64,000 bases of DNA from an uncultured Pseudomonadota bacterium (GTDB lineage: Bacteria > Pseudomonadota > Alphaproteobacteria > Rs-D84): the NCBI GenBank assembly GCA_902762295.1, contig CACWNX010000001.1, forward strand, positions 532,094 to 596,093. The letters run 5' to 3'. Positions 9,554 to 19,574 of this stretch are shown here, piece by piece. Made by a program: the position numbers and the translations under genes. Numbering within the stretch: the first letter of the stretch is position 1; every line of letters starts with the position of its first letter. Below the pieces are notes generated by a model that saw only the letters and a list, made by a program, of their open reading frames with translations, did not search any database and was not told where the DNA came from.

Positions 9554-11341
9554 TCAGAAATCCTTGTTCTGAATCTGATAAATCAGTTGCGCGAAGCACC
9601 GATTTACGACAGTTGGACAGTAGTGTTCGCCCAGCATTGTTCTGAATTCATCATCCGTCACCACAATATCACCGTGTTGTATTGCGGTTGGGTCGGATTC
9701 AGGAATCGGACCATTTTTGCACCAGATATTACCTTTGCCGTCTCTGATTTTGATTTTTTCAGGTAATTCAAAATCTTTCGGCATACCCATCAACACCAGA
9801 ATTTCATAAAGTGTTCTATGCCGTGCGTCAGACTGTGTTCCATTTGTTCTGCAACGACCAGCCGGAAAATAATGCGCCGGTGCACCAGAGTGTGAAGATT
9901 CGCCAGTAATTGTTGGGGCCGGTCTATCACCATGTGCGCGTTTGATATTCACTTTCTCTATGCTACCGTCCGAATTATGAACTAATGCCAAAGTGTTTTT
10001 GCCTGCCTCGGTATTTTTCAACGCTTCAATAATTTCTGGTGCCAAATCCAGCGCATAATGCAATCGATTAACATCCATTCTTTGTTCGCCGGCTTCAATA
10101 GAAGGAATATCCTGCAAACACAGTTCTTCTGAAATTTTGAATTCATCTGGTTTGGGAAATTTCCAGACATTGGCGTCGGTTATTTCGGTTGTACCAAGAA
10201 TCTTTTGCACAAATTCTTTTTTGATACCCAGAATTATCGCACGATTACGGTTTTCGCCTGTGCCATAGCAATCTGCGTTAAGATAATCAATGTTGGTGAT
10301 GTAGCCCAATTCGTCGGCCTTATCTTTGATGTAATCATAGACGGTATCATAATTTTCATCTTTAATTGTGTCTGGACAACCTCCCAAAAATTCGGGAACG
10401 TTTTCACACATAAACATATCGTTATTATCACCGATATCCTCCAAAAATTGCATACCATACATGACCAATGAAGCATCAACCCGATTGACATTTTGTGTAC
10501 CCGCCTTGGAATAGGACTGACACGGCGGTGACATTAACACCACGCGGCATCTCCGCTTTTTGTGTGCTTTCAAAATCTGTTTGTATACGCTTAGGTTGGC
10601 TATACTACCCGTTATGACTTTACAACTTGGGTACAATTCTTGATGAATTTGCGCCCGTTTATCATGTAATTCGTTTGCTACGGCAACATTGATGTTCAAA
10701 TTTTTCAACAGGCACGTGCCTAAACCGATGTTTGCAAATAAACTGGTTGCACGCACTGTTTTATCAAATTTAACATTTGCTGGCAAAACAATATTTGAAA
10801 ACGCACCATGACATGTGTGTGTTGCCAATTTGGGATTTTTCTTTTTACAGCCCCTTTTTATTGTCAAGGCGCTGTTGATGCTTGGTACATCACCATTGGC
10901 CTTGGCTTCTGCTTTGGCTTTCGCCACACAGTCTGCGTCCAATTCACAGATGCTATGCCAGCGTTTGCCTTTTTTAAACCCATGCGCTTCCATTAATTTA
11001 TCTTTTGCTATCCGTGCTGCTGTAACTGCTGCGCCACTGCCTTTTGTGGGGCCAAGCGCTCTGACTTTATCCGCAATTCTGACGCCTTCATCCAATACTT
11101 TTCCAGCAATATCTTGCGCAAGGTCCAGCAAGTAATTATACAATTCTGGTTCCATATATGCGCAAGACCTCATAAGTTCAATTGCCGCATCAGTCGCTAT
11201 CATTCCCTGTGAAATATAGTCCGCTGTTCCAGCAGGTGTGGCAGGTAAAGCGGGTGGTGCCACAGTTATTACTGCTGGGGTTGAAGTTGTTAATGTTGGT
11301 GCTGTTGCACCGCTTGAAATAGATATACTTTTTGTTGCCAT
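9554..11341 (-). CDS. DNA (cytosine-5)-methyltransferase with a ~190-aa N-terminal extension.
   Basis: Motif I LFANIGLG, motif IV PPCQSYSKAG (the PCQ catalytic Cys), motif VI CENVPEF. The N-terminal region MATKSISISSGATAPTLTTST... is low-complexity. Confidence 0.85.
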   Translation of the reverse strand: MATKSISISSGATAPTLTTSTPAVITVAPPALPATPAGTADYISQGMIATDAAIELMRSCAYMEPELYNYLLDLAQDIAGKVLDEGVRIADKVRALGPTKGSGAAVTAARIAKDKLMEAHGFKKGKRWHSICELDADCVAKAKAEAKANGDVPSINSALTIKRGCKKKNPKLATHTCHGAFSNIVLPANVKFDKTVRATSLFANIGLGTCLLKNLNINVAVANELHDKRAQIHQELYPSCKVITGSIANLSVYKQILKAHKKRRCRVVLMSPPCQSYSKAGTQNVNRVDASLVMYGMQFLEDIGDNNDMFMCENVPEFLGGCPDTIKDENYDTVYDYIKDKADELGYITNIDYLNADCYGTGENRNRAIILGIKKEFVQKILGTTEITDANVWKFPKPDEFKISEELCLQDIPSIEAGEQRMDVNRLHYALDLAPEIIEALKNTEAGKNTLALVHNSDGSIEKVNIKRAHGDRPAPTITGESSHSGAPAHYFPAGRCRTNGTQSDARHRTLYEILVLMGMPKDFELPEKIKIRDGKGNIWCKNGPIPESDPTAIQHGDIVVTDDEFRTMLGEHYCPTVVNRCFAQLIYQIQNKDF

Positions 11342-11677
11342 TTTTTACTCCTTCTGAGTTTTTTTGGCCGCAAAAACCACCTTGCCCGTAGGCGCTTATA
11401 TGGGGTTCCTGCGAAATTAACTGAAAAATTTTTTTAACCTAAATCACCTATCGGCAATTTTCGGTTGCAAGTAAAAAATGGTTTTGTATAATTAAGATGT
11501 TTCAAGTCTCTTATACAACCATTTTTACTTGGCTTGTTTTGAGATTCTAGGGGTATGACTTTATGTTGTGCTCCTTTTTTTATTGATTAACTTGGGCACA
11601 ATATAAATGCAAAAAGGCAGTAAATCAATTACTGCCGTTCACCAAAAAAGTGGCTGTTTTCTGGGTTTTCTTAGTTT

Positions 11678-12487
11678 TTATAACTCATGTTTTTCAAGAA
11701 ATCTGCGTGGTGTATGAGTTTTTGAATAATTGATTAAGTGTTCTTTTATTTCGTCGTATGCTTTTTTATGTTTTTCGCTGGGATGTTTCGAAGAATATCC
11801 ACGCTTATATAATATGTTCAGATATTTTTGTAGTTCTGATATTGGAAAACGAATTTCACCATTTTCTTTTTTTATGTGTCGTGGAAAAACAGTTTGTGTC
11901 CCGTGTGTATTGCCTTTGTTGGGTGCAAATGAGTTTTGATGTTTTACCCAGTTATAAATTATTGGAAAACTCACACCAAATGAAGCATGCACTCTATACA
12001 CATCGATTGCTTTGTGTGGTTCTAATGATTGTATTTTAATAACACCACCAGGACGATTTTTTAACCAGTTTGTGGCAACTATTAACTTAGCAGAAAAATC
12101 AGCTGAAGGTGAATATGTACGGTCATATCGAATAAGATTTTCATAAGATATTTCGTCTTTTTCTTCATCTGAGAATTCGCGTTCTGTATCATCTATGAAC
12201 TTTCCAGTATAAAACCAACATGAATTATCGTGTTCATCATATTTATCGTGTTTATCTGGTTCGAATTCAAAAGATTCATTATGTAAAATGTCAGCATATT
12301 GTTTATGTTTAATACAAAATCTGCGAATTGTTTGATTCAGATTTGTTTTTATATGTTGTTGTAATTCTGATAACAAAAAATATGGGGTGTGAATTCTGGT
12401 ATGTAAACCCGCCAAATATTCTGGACTGGTTATAACCACTATAAAATTATCAACTTCGTATTGTTCAATTCTGTATGTTATTTTCAT
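11678..12487 (-). CDS. Hypothetical protein (269 aa); candidate restriction endonuclease or partner of the C5-MTase.
   Basis: Co-oriented, directly upstream of the MTase. Acidic D/E-rich central stretch. No recognisable catalytic motif. Confidence 0.5.
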   Translation of the reverse strand: MKITYRIEQYEVDNFIVVITSPEYLAGLHTRIHTPYFLLSELQQHIKTNLNQTIRRFCIKHKQYADILHNESFEFEPDKHDKYDEHDNSCWFYTGKFIDDTEREFSDEEKDEISYENLIRYDRTYSPSADFSAKLIVATNWLKNRPGGVIKIQSLEPHKAIDVYRVHASFGVSFPIIYNWVKHQNSFAPNKGNTHGTQTVFPRHIKKENGEIRFPISELQKYLNILYKRGYSSKHPSEKHKKAYDEIKEHLINYSKTHTPRRFLEKHEL

Positions 12488-12545
12488 AAAATCACCTGTT
12501 TTTGATGTGTGTATTTTGCACCATGTTCATAATAATCGCAAGTTT

Positions 12546-12571
12546 TTATCAAAATTGTGGTGTGCCAAGTG
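12546..12571. repeat. Copy D of the 26-bp palindrome, inverted orientation: GTGGTGTGCCAAGTGGGTCAAATCAC.
   Basis: Its reverse complement GTGATTTGACCCACTTGGCACACCAC matches the consensus. Confidence 0.55.
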
Positions 12572-12865
12572 GGTCAAATCACATTTCACTGAATAGCATG
12601 CATTAAAAAATTTGACCCTTCGCGTAAAGGCCTTTGAAATTTTTTTAATTTACAGTTAGCGATTTGATAACCGGATGTACGGTGGTGTATGGGGGGCGGC
12701 GGGTTCGTATCGGTGGCATCCGCGGTACCGGTTGCCGATATTGCCAGACGGGGTACATCCACTACCTTGGTATGAGTAGATATTCGTATTTATTTAAAAA
12801 TAGTTTGATTTCTTTGCCAAATTGCAACAAATCTTTGATTTCATTAGTTCGTGAATTGCACAGAT

Positions 12866-13443
12866 GGCCCTGCCAAAAATTAAAAATACCCGAATGGGTA
12901 TTTTTTATTTTTGTTCAACCCCCGGGTTTGAACCGGGATGGGTGCGAGGCGATAGTCGCAGCACCAATACGAGAATACACAATTAGAAAAATCATAAAAA
13001 CGGGGTCTGTTATGACGAGTTTTTATAGATTTTTATTATTGCGTATCGAGGAGGCGAGTGAAAATCCGAGTGGGACAATTAAGAAAATCTTAAAAAATCG
13101 ACTTTGGAGAATTTTTTTGATTTTATTTATTGCGTATCGAGGAGGCGAGTGAAAATCCGAGTGGGGCTGCCAGAAATCAAAAATGCCACCTTGGGTGGCG
13201 TTTTTTATTTCTCTTGGCGCCCCACGAGGATTGCGCAAGAATGTCAACGGCACGACAAGTGCCGTTTGAAAACGCAGTTTTCGTGGGCGGCCGCCCACAA
13301 GACATGCATGGCGAAAACGCAGACGAACAATTAGCAAACCCGCAAAAACGGATATGTTTAATAGAGTTTTTGCACATGGGTTTGATTATTGTTTGTCAAG
13401 GAAGCGGTGGGGCTGCCAAAAATCAAAATCCCGATTTTTTACG
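12866..13443 (+). repeat. Repeat-rich GC-rich non-coding block. It holds two ~45-bp direct repeats (13031-13074 and 13122-13167, TTATTGCGTATCGAGGAGGCGAGTGAAAATCCGAGTGGG). It also holds three copies of a GGGCTGCCAAAAATCAAAAAT-hairpin-T-run module (12866, 13163, 13408).
   Basis: Read directly from the sequence. The ORF-track entries here are short, overlapping and mutually antisense, and are judged spurious. The modules look like small-RNA 3' ends or terminators. Confidence 0.6.
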
Positions 13444-13620
13444 AACAAACTAAGCGATTTTTTCAAAGAAAACCGGGCTTTTTTATTGTCTACATAACAG
13501 TTCACAAATATCAACCGTAAAAACGCACTACTTATATCAATTCTCGAACTTTTCTTATAACAAATTGATTTATTAAATATTTTTGATATAATACCCAGCA
13601 GGATAATCTGGAGAATAAGA

Positions 13621-14124
13621 ATGGCTGGCATTATAGTATTCGGTGTTCCAAAAGGTTTTGATACATCAAGGTGCGATATAAATACGCGCAGATTTTTAGA
13701 GAGATTTTATGTGCCACACAATCCTGGTACAGAAATGAAGATTGTTCGCGGACCAAATAATAGTGTGCATTATTTGTTCATGGTATATGAAAATAAAGAT
13801 ATGGCATTCTGCGATGTTGATGGGCGTAGTGGTTCCTTTTTCGGCATCGATGTAATGTTGCAAAATCAATATATAACGGATACAAATAAACTTTTAAAAT
13901 TATTTCAGTTGACTTATGATAAATATGTGAAAAATAAAATCGTTGATGAAACTCCTAACGGTGTCAGAAAACACAAATTCAAAACGTTTGATAATGGTGA
14001 TAATGCAATAGCAACTTATGTAGCCAATAGTATGAATGCTTTGGTAAAAGAAAGACCAGAATTAAATATTTTCGAAGACATTCGGCAATTACCACCTGCC
14101 CAAAACCAAATGCAGAGGTATTAA
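13621..14124 (+). CDS. Hypothetical protein (167 aa).
   Basis: ORF from the track with RBS-like AGGA upstream. No motif. Confidence 0.5.
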   Translation: MAGIIVFGVPKGFDTSRCDINTRRFLERFYVPHNPGTEMKIVRGPNNSVHYLFMVYENKDMAFCDVDGRSGSFFGIDVMLQNQYITDTNKLLKLFQLTYDKYVKNKIVDETPNGVRKHKFKTFDNGDNAIATYVANSMNALVKERPELNIFEDIRQLPPAQNQMQRY

Positions 14125-14208
14125 AAATTTTGCAAAAATGTTTTTATTTCTTTCCCGAATCGCAACAATTCACGTATAACAGATATTTTGTGATAAAATT
14201 ACCATAAT

Positions 14209-14236
14209 TTGACATATTGTATGCCTGTGGTATAAT
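14209..14236 (+). promoter_or_regulatory. Consensus sigma-70 promoter (TTGACA-16-TATAAT), 8 nt upstream of the lipoprotein ATG. Implies a leaderless or near-leaderless transcript.
   Basis: TTGACA at 14209-14214, TATAAT at 14231-14236, ATG at 14244. Confidence 0.5.
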
Positions 14237-14243
14237 TTATGCT

Positions 14244-14360
14244 ATGAGAAAGATTTTATTATTTTTAATCTGTGTTTTTACGATTGCGATGGCGGGCTGT
14301 GGCGTAAAATCTGATTTGGCGCGCCCCGACGGCCCATTGCGCGATTACCCAGTGTACTAA
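14244..14360 (+). CDS. Small lipoprotein (38 aa).
   Basis: MRKILLFLICVFTIAMAGC, a type II signal peptide with a lipobox. Below the 60-aa cutoff, so absent from the ORF track. Confidence 0.5.
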   Translation: MRKILLFLICVFTIAMAGCGVKSDLARPDGPLRDYPVY

Positions 14361-14366
14361 GGGGGC

Positions 14367-15866
14367 GTGTTCGTGGCAAGCAAGGCGAATATTATCGTTG
14401 CACGCGAAAAAGTTCCAGATTCTGAATTAGAATCGGTACAGATGATTCCCCCCGACCAGGTGTGTGTCGTATATCTTGGCGGGAACGGAACGGTTTTGCG
14501 CCGCCGCAGTGATGGCACAATGTCAACCGAGCGCGAAAACGCCAATGGAAATGCACGATATATTATCAGGGAAATTATCAAGCCGATTTTTTCAACAGAA
14601 ATGGATGTCAATATTCCGGTTTATTCGATCGGATATGATTTTGATGACATGGATACCGCGGGTACAATCACACTGAGTGGCGATAATAAACGACACACAG
14701 TCAAAACCGCAACGGATGCCAAAAACAATGGCTATAAAAACTATCTGGTCGTTGATAATCATAATATCCGGCGGGTGTTGAAAAATGATGTTATGCCATA
14801 TTTGTCGGAAAACGGACACAGCATAGATGTTAGTGAAATTGAACATCGTTCGCGTTTTTTGAAAATTATTATTGATGGGGACAAGACAACAGAATTTAAT
14901 TTCAAAAAAGAACTGTATAATGTCCTGTTGGATTTAAAGTATTCGGATTCCGAAATTGATTTGATAACCGCAAATTTTGATAGACTGATTAAACATAATC
15001 ATACAGAACATATTGACGAACTGTTTCATGATATTTTATTGCCACGTATTTCCGAAAATGGTGCGCGTTTGCCGTTGAATGATGCACTGCGCAATATCCG
15101 CAAAATTACATTTGTTGCACATTGCTATGGTGCATTTGTTGCAAAAAAATTACAGGAAAAAATGAAATCTGAAATGCCCAAACTCGGCTATTCTGATTCC
15201 GAAATCAGGGCGGTTTTAAATCAAATGTTGGTTGTGGCACATGCGCCATCATGCCGTTTGGATAATCAAACAAATGGGTTTATAAGTTTTATGTCGGCAT
15301 CTGATAATACGGCACTGGTGCCGGCAAATTGGTTAAGCAAACACATCAAAGAAAACATATCGCAGGACAGTCGCGAAATGGTGCACAATTCATTGAAAAA
15401 TCACGAGCACCCATGGTTCCCACAGTCAGGTGATATCGCGGCACCGATTGCGTTTTTGCCGCGCAGATATGGAAATATGGTGATTGTTCCGCAATCGTTT
15501 GAATGGGTCATAGATAATGGAATGATTGGCACAGATGATAACGAGCATAATAATACCAGTTATGATTCACGGCAAAATGGCGAAACAAAAGCGGGGTATA
15601 TGTTGAATCGCTTTGCCAAAAATGTGATAGTAAATGGTATTAAAAATTCATTGACCCAGGCGGATGGGTTCATTCCGTTGCCCGATGTGTCTGAATTATT
15701 GTTTGCATATGACAGTCCGCAAAATAAACAGATATTTAATGAATTGCAAAAAAACGGTTTATCATTGGTTCGCGATGCCTATCAATCAGCAACCAATTTA
15801 TTGCAAGAACGTTCCAAAACGCGTCCCAAAAATATTCAGAAAAACACCAATTCCCCCCAGATGTAA
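14367..15866 (+). CDS. Hypothetical protein (499 aa, GTG start). Possibly secreted or effector-like.
   Basis: Long ORF beginning 6 nt after the lipoprotein stop, behind an AAGGGGG RBS. No recognised domain. Confidence 0.6.
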   Translation: MFVASKANIIVAREKVPDSELESVQMIPPDQVCVVYLGGNGTVLRRRSDGTMSTERENANGNARYIIREIIKPIFSTEMDVNIPVYSIGYDFDDMDTAGTITLSGDNKRHTVKTATDAKNNGYKNYLVVDNHNIRRVLKNDVMPYLSENGHSIDVSEIEHRSRFLKIIIDGDKTTEFNFKKELYNVLLDLKYSDSEIDLITANFDRLIKHNHTEHIDELFHDILLPRISENGARLPLNDALRNIRKITFVAHCYGAFVAKKLQEKMKSEMPKLGYSDSEIRAVLNQMLVVAHAPSCRLDNQTNGFISFMSASDNTALVPANWLSKHIKENISQDSREMVHNSLKNHEHPWFPQSGDIAAPIAFLPRRYGNMVIVPQSFEWVIDNGMIGTDDNEHNNTSYDSRQNGETKAGYMLNRFAKNVIVNGIKNSLTQADGFIPLPDVSELLFAYDSPQNKQIFNELQKNGLSLVRDAYQSATNLLQERSKTRPKNIQKNTNSPQM

Positions 15867-15875
15867 TCACACCTA

Positions 15876-15960
<85 letters not shown>

Positions 15961-16052
15961 ATCGGTCAGAAAACATGGTATGATAAAAAATACTTGATTT
16001 CCAGTAAAAAATAGCCTAACATTTCACGCAGTATAAATAAAAGGGCAATAAA

Positions 16053-16226
16053 ATGGCATCAAAGAAAGGCAGCAAAGAAATTATCAAACTGGAAAACAAA
16101 GAAACCGGTTATTATTACACTGTGACAAAAAATAACAAAACCGCAACGGGTAAAATAAAACGTCGTAAATACGATCCGAAACTGCGTAAACATGTCGAAA
16201 TGACCGAAGGCAAAATGTCGCACTAG
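16053..16226 (+). CDS. rpmG: 50S ribosomal protein L33.
   Basis: MASKKGSKEIIKLENKETGYYYTVTKNNKTATGKIKRRKYDPKLRKHVEMTEGKMSH, typical L33 length and sequence pattern. Confidence 0.85.
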   Translation: MASKKGSKEIIKLENKETGYYYTVTKNNKTATGKIKRRKYDPKLRKHVEMTEGKMSH

Positions 16227-16347
16227 TGGTTAGCGACGGCGGTTAGTGATTAGTTCATCGGTTGCAAATCGCAACCGATTTTTTTATTGCCCCACATCGC
16301 AAAACACCGGGCATTTGCCCGGTGTTTTGTTGCCCAATATAATTAAA

Positions 16348-16698
16348 TTACTGTTGAATGCAGAAACTAACCGCGTACATGGAACCTTCTTCAAATTTTG
16401 GTTCTTTGACCAATACGCGATAGCCCGCTACATCATCACCACAATCGTTTGGAACAACGTTCACATAGATGTGTTCGGCATCTGATGCATATTCCGTTGG
16501 ATTAACACTTGCAAACAGTGCGTTTGGTTCCTGGGTCTGGACCATCGTTAATTCCGGGGTAATTGGGCATTTCAATACATAATCGCCCCGTTCGCCGGTC
16601 ACGATTTTCTCGCATTCGGCACCGATAAATGTTTCGGTTTTTTCACCGCAACCCGCCAAAACGGCCGCTGCAAAGCCAACAAACATATATTTTTTCAT
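16348..16698 (-). CDS. Lipoprotein, hypothetical.
   Basis: MKKYMFVGFAAAVLAGCGEK..., a signal peptide with a lipobox. Start placed at the internal Met with an RBS (GGAGAAAAAAC ATG). Confidence 0.6.
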   Translation of the reverse strand: MKKYMFVGFAAAVLAGCGEKTETFIGAECEKIVTGERGDYVLKCPITPELTMVQTQEPNALFASVNPTEYASDAEHIYVNVVPNDCGDDVAGYRVLVKEPKFEEGSMYAVSFCIQQ

Positions 16699-16724
16699 GT
16701 TTTTTCTCCTTTTTTTGTTGTTTG

Positions 16725-18956
16725 TTATTTTCCAAATTTTCCACTGCGTGGAAATCCAACCGGGATTGTGCGCCCCTGGGTCGCGCGTTTGCCCGTCCAT
16801 GGTGTCCAATCATCCAATCGTGTTGTTCCACGTCCCGTTGTCCATCCAAAACCATCCGTCGCATTAAATGTCATCACGTCCAGAACATATGTGCGTTCGG
16901 CATTGTATTTCTGTAAAATAACACCCTTGCCACGAATCATTTCCGGAATTTCAGCCAGCGGGAATATCAGCAATTTATCATTTGAACCCGACATTGCAAC
17001 GGTGTCGCCCGTGACAGTAATACAGAATGCCGCCGGATTTTTATCATCCGTGTTCATAACCTGTTTGCCGGTACGCGTTTGGGCAACACAGTTTTCGCCC
17101 GCCACAATAAATCCGTTTCCGTGTCGTGATACCACCAAATACTTTGCCGATGTGTTCAAAACAAATGCGGCGACAATATTTTCTTCGGCACCAATATCCG
17201 CCATCATGCGAACCGATTCGCCAAAACCGCGCGCAGATGGCAAATCATTCGCCGTCAATGTAAACATACGGCCCGATGATCCGAACAGATTAATTTTGTC
17301 TGTGGACATTGCATGAAATGCAAATGCCAGTTCGTCGCCTTCTTTGAATTTCAAATCCAATGCGTTCAAATCCAAGTGACCCTTTGCCGCACGAATCCAA
17401 CCCATATTTGACAGTATTATTGTCAGTGGCTCCTTCTCGATAAATTCATCGGCATTCACAATGATTTCTTCGGTTTCGGGGGCCCATGTTGTACGCCGCC
17501 GCCCCAATGCCGTTTTTTTATCGTATTGCTTTTTTATATCGGCGAACCAGGCCTTTATCTGGTTGTTTTGAATTTCCGCGCTGTCAAGTAATGCGTTTAA
17601 TTGTTCGCGTTCTTCACGCAGATTTTTATCTTCGCGTCGGATTTCCATTTCTTCCAATTTTCGCAATGCACGCAGACGGGTGTTTAATATAGATTCAACC
17701 TGGATATCTGTTAATTTAAATTCATCCATTAATACGGCCTTAGGCTCATCTTCGGTTCGGATGATTTCAATTACGCGGTCAAGATTTAAATACACGACCA
17801 ACAAACCGCCCAAAATTTCCAATCGCCGTTCAATATTTGCCAAACGCCAACGTGACCGTCTGCACAGGACATTTTTCTGGTGCGCAATAAATTCCAATAA
17901 CACATCGCGAATGCCCATAACGCGCGGTGCGCCACGCGAATCAATCACATTAAAATTCATGTTAAATTTATATTCGGCATCCGTCATCGCAAACAAATGC
18001 GCCATCATTTTATCCGCCGGAATATTGCGCGACTTTGGTGTGATAACAATACGAACATCGGTGGTTGATTCGTCAACAATATCATCAATCAATGGCAATT
18101 TCTTTGCATCAACCATTTCGCCGATTTGTTCCATCAATTTAGACTTGATAATTCCGTATGGAATTTCGGTGATCACAACCTGGTATCCGCCACGTTCCAG
18201 TTCTTCAATTTCCCACCGTGCGCGAATACGGAATGAACCCTTGCCACTTTCATAGTTTTTAACAATTGTATCAAAATCGTCAATTAAGACACCACCGGTT
18301 GGAAAATCTGGGCCAATCATCTTACGGCAAATTTGTGCTGTGGTCGAATCGGGTTTATCCACCATAAGGGTCAATGCATCACATACCTCGGCCACATTGT
18401 GGGTTGGAATATTTGTTGCCATACCAACCGCAATACCCATACCACCATTCGCCAGTAAATTTGGGAACGCACCCGGCATAACAACCGGCTCAACCGTTGT
18501 GCCGTCAAAGTTTGGCATCATGTCAACACTGTCCTCGTCGATGCCGTCCATAATCAGCATCGCAGCATCGGTCATTTTTGATTCGGTGTAACGATATGCG
18601 GCCTGGGGGTCACCATCAATGTTTCCAAAATTACCCTGGCCATCAATCAGTGGATAGCGTACGGAAAAATCCTGGGCCAGGCGGACCATAGCATCATAGA
18701 CCGACGAATCGCCATGTGGGTGATAGTGTCCCAACACATCGCCAACAACCGTTGCGCATTTGCGAAATGCCGCCGATGGGGATAACTTTTGCCGCAACAT
18801 AGAATACAAAATACGGCGGTGAACAGGCTTTAACCCATCACGGACATCGGGCAGGGCACGCGATACAATCGTACTGACCGCGTAAGACAAATAACGCGTG
18901 GACAGTGCGTCCGCCAACTGCTGAGAATCAATCTTTTCAACTACTTCTTTTGCCAT
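16725..18956 (-). CDS. parC: DNA topoisomerase IV subunit A (type IIA topoisomerase A subunit, ParC-length).
   Basis: N-terminal [21 protein letters not shown] and the active-site region. 743 aa is shorter than typical GyrA. Confidence 0.7.
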   Translation of the reverse strand: MAKEVVEKIDSQQLADALSTRYLSYAVSTIVSRALPDVRDGLKPVHRRILYSMLRQKLSPSAAFRKCATVVGDVLGHYHPHGDSSVYDAMVRLAQDFSVRYPLIDGQGNFGNIDGDPQAAYRYTESKMTDAAMLIMDGIDEDSVDMMPNFDGTTVEPVVMPGAFPNLLANGGMGIAVGMATNIPTHNVAEVCDALTLMVDKPDSTTAQICRKMIGPDFPTGGVLIDDFDTIVKNYESGKGSFRIRARWEIEELERGGYQVVITEIPYGIIKSKLMEQIGEMVDAKKLPLIDDIVDESTTDVRIVITPKSRNIPADKMMAHLFAMTDAEYKFNMNFNVIDSRGAPRVMGIRDVLLEFIAHQKNVLCRRSRWRLANIERRLEILGGLLVVYLNLDRVIEIIRTEDEPKAVLMDEFKLTDIQVESILNTRLRALRKLEEMEIRREDKNLREEREQLNALLDSAEIQNNQIKAWFADIKKQYDKKTALGRRRTTWAPETEEIIVNADEFIEKEPLTIILSNMGWIRAAKGHLDLNALDLKFKEGDELAFAFHAMSTDKINLFGSSGRMFTLTANDLPSARGFGESVRMMADIGAEENIVAAFVLNTSAKYLVVSRHGNGFIVAGENCVAQTRTGKQVMNTDDKNPAAFCITVTGDTVAMSGSNDKLLIFPLAEIPEMIRGKGVILQKYNAERTYVLDVMTFNATDGFGWTTGRGTTRLDDWTPWTGKRATQGRTIPVGFPRSGKFGK

Positions 18957-19010
18957 AACGGTATAAAATTAGAACATTTGAAAAAAAATAACAACTGAAA
19001 AAATACGGAA

Positions 19011-19289
19011 TTATTGTCCAATTTTATTTTTTATTTCGCGAATCCGAGCCAAAATTTCCCGCAAATCGGCATCGGTGATATTCGGGCCGCTTTTGTTGCG
19101 TAATTCGTCTGCAAGAACAATACAGAGTGTCGCCAGTAATGAATTTTCTGGTAATGGACCAATTTTGTCCAAAATTTCCCGCGCGCGCACATCAACCATT
19201 TTGCCAAGTTCTATCAGGCGACCTTCTTGACCGTCTTCGCATCCCATCGGATAATTTTTGTTTACAATCGGTATAGAAACAACACTCAT
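19011..19289 (-). CDS. zapA: Cell division protein ZapA.
   Basis: Pattern VSIPIVNKNYPMGCEDGQEGRLIELG...LLATLCIVLADEL matches the ZapA family. Confidence 0.6.
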   Translation of the reverse strand: MSVVSIPIVNKNYPMGCEDGQEGRLIELGKMVDVRAREILDKIGPLPENSLLATLCIVLADELRNKSGPNITDADLREILARIREIKNKIGQ

Positions 19290-19495
19290 TTTAACTTCTT
19301 TAATAAATCAATGGATTGGTCAATAAGTTCGGTTGCATGGGCGTTTTTTGCACGCAAATTGCGGACCTGTTCGGTCAGAATGGCAACCTCCAGGTCGGTT
19401 TGCTTGCCCGCATCGGTCGCCGTCGCCCGCAGACGCATAGCGGATTCTTCTAGTTTTGTCAATTCATGAAAGATTTGATCTTTTATATCTGACAT
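19286..19495 (-). CDS. Small coiled-coil protein upstream of zapA (ZauP/ZapB-like).
   Basis: 69-aa coiled-coil ORF overlapping the zapA start. This arrangement is known in alphaproteobacteria. Confidence 0.45.
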   Translation of the reverse strand: MSDIKDQIFHELTKLEESAMRLRATATDAGKQTDLEVAILTEQVRNLRAKNAHATELIDQSIDLLKKLK

Positions 19496-19574
19496 ATTCG
19501 CATTTTAAGATATTTTTTATATGCGTTCAACCCTAAAATGTGATATAATTGTCCCGAAAAGTTCGTGGGGATTT

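Noticed and set aside
13031-13167. Possible CRISPR array (two ~45-bp direct repeats ~92 bp apart)
   Set aside because: Only two repeat copies, no cas genes in the window, and the spacing and sequence look like duplicated RNA modules rather than repeat-spacer units.
12664-13453. Several 60-160-aa ORFs in the GC-rich repeat block
   Set aside because: They are mutually overlapping and antisense, span direct repeats and terminator hairpins, and lack RBSs. The region is better explained as non-coding.
12660-13460. Search for two-piece tmRNA, RNase P RNA or SRP RNA in the GC-rich block
   Set aside because: No tag-peptide frame ending in ...AA-stop with a resume codon was seen. The T-arm and CCA acceptor end, the GGAAGCAGCC SRP motif and the RNase P conserved boxes were also not seen. 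The search was not exhaustive by eye.
16768-18591. Multiple plus-strand ORFs of 68-191 aa within parC
   Set aside because: Antisense to a well-supported 743-aa topoisomerase gene. Typical shadow ORFs.
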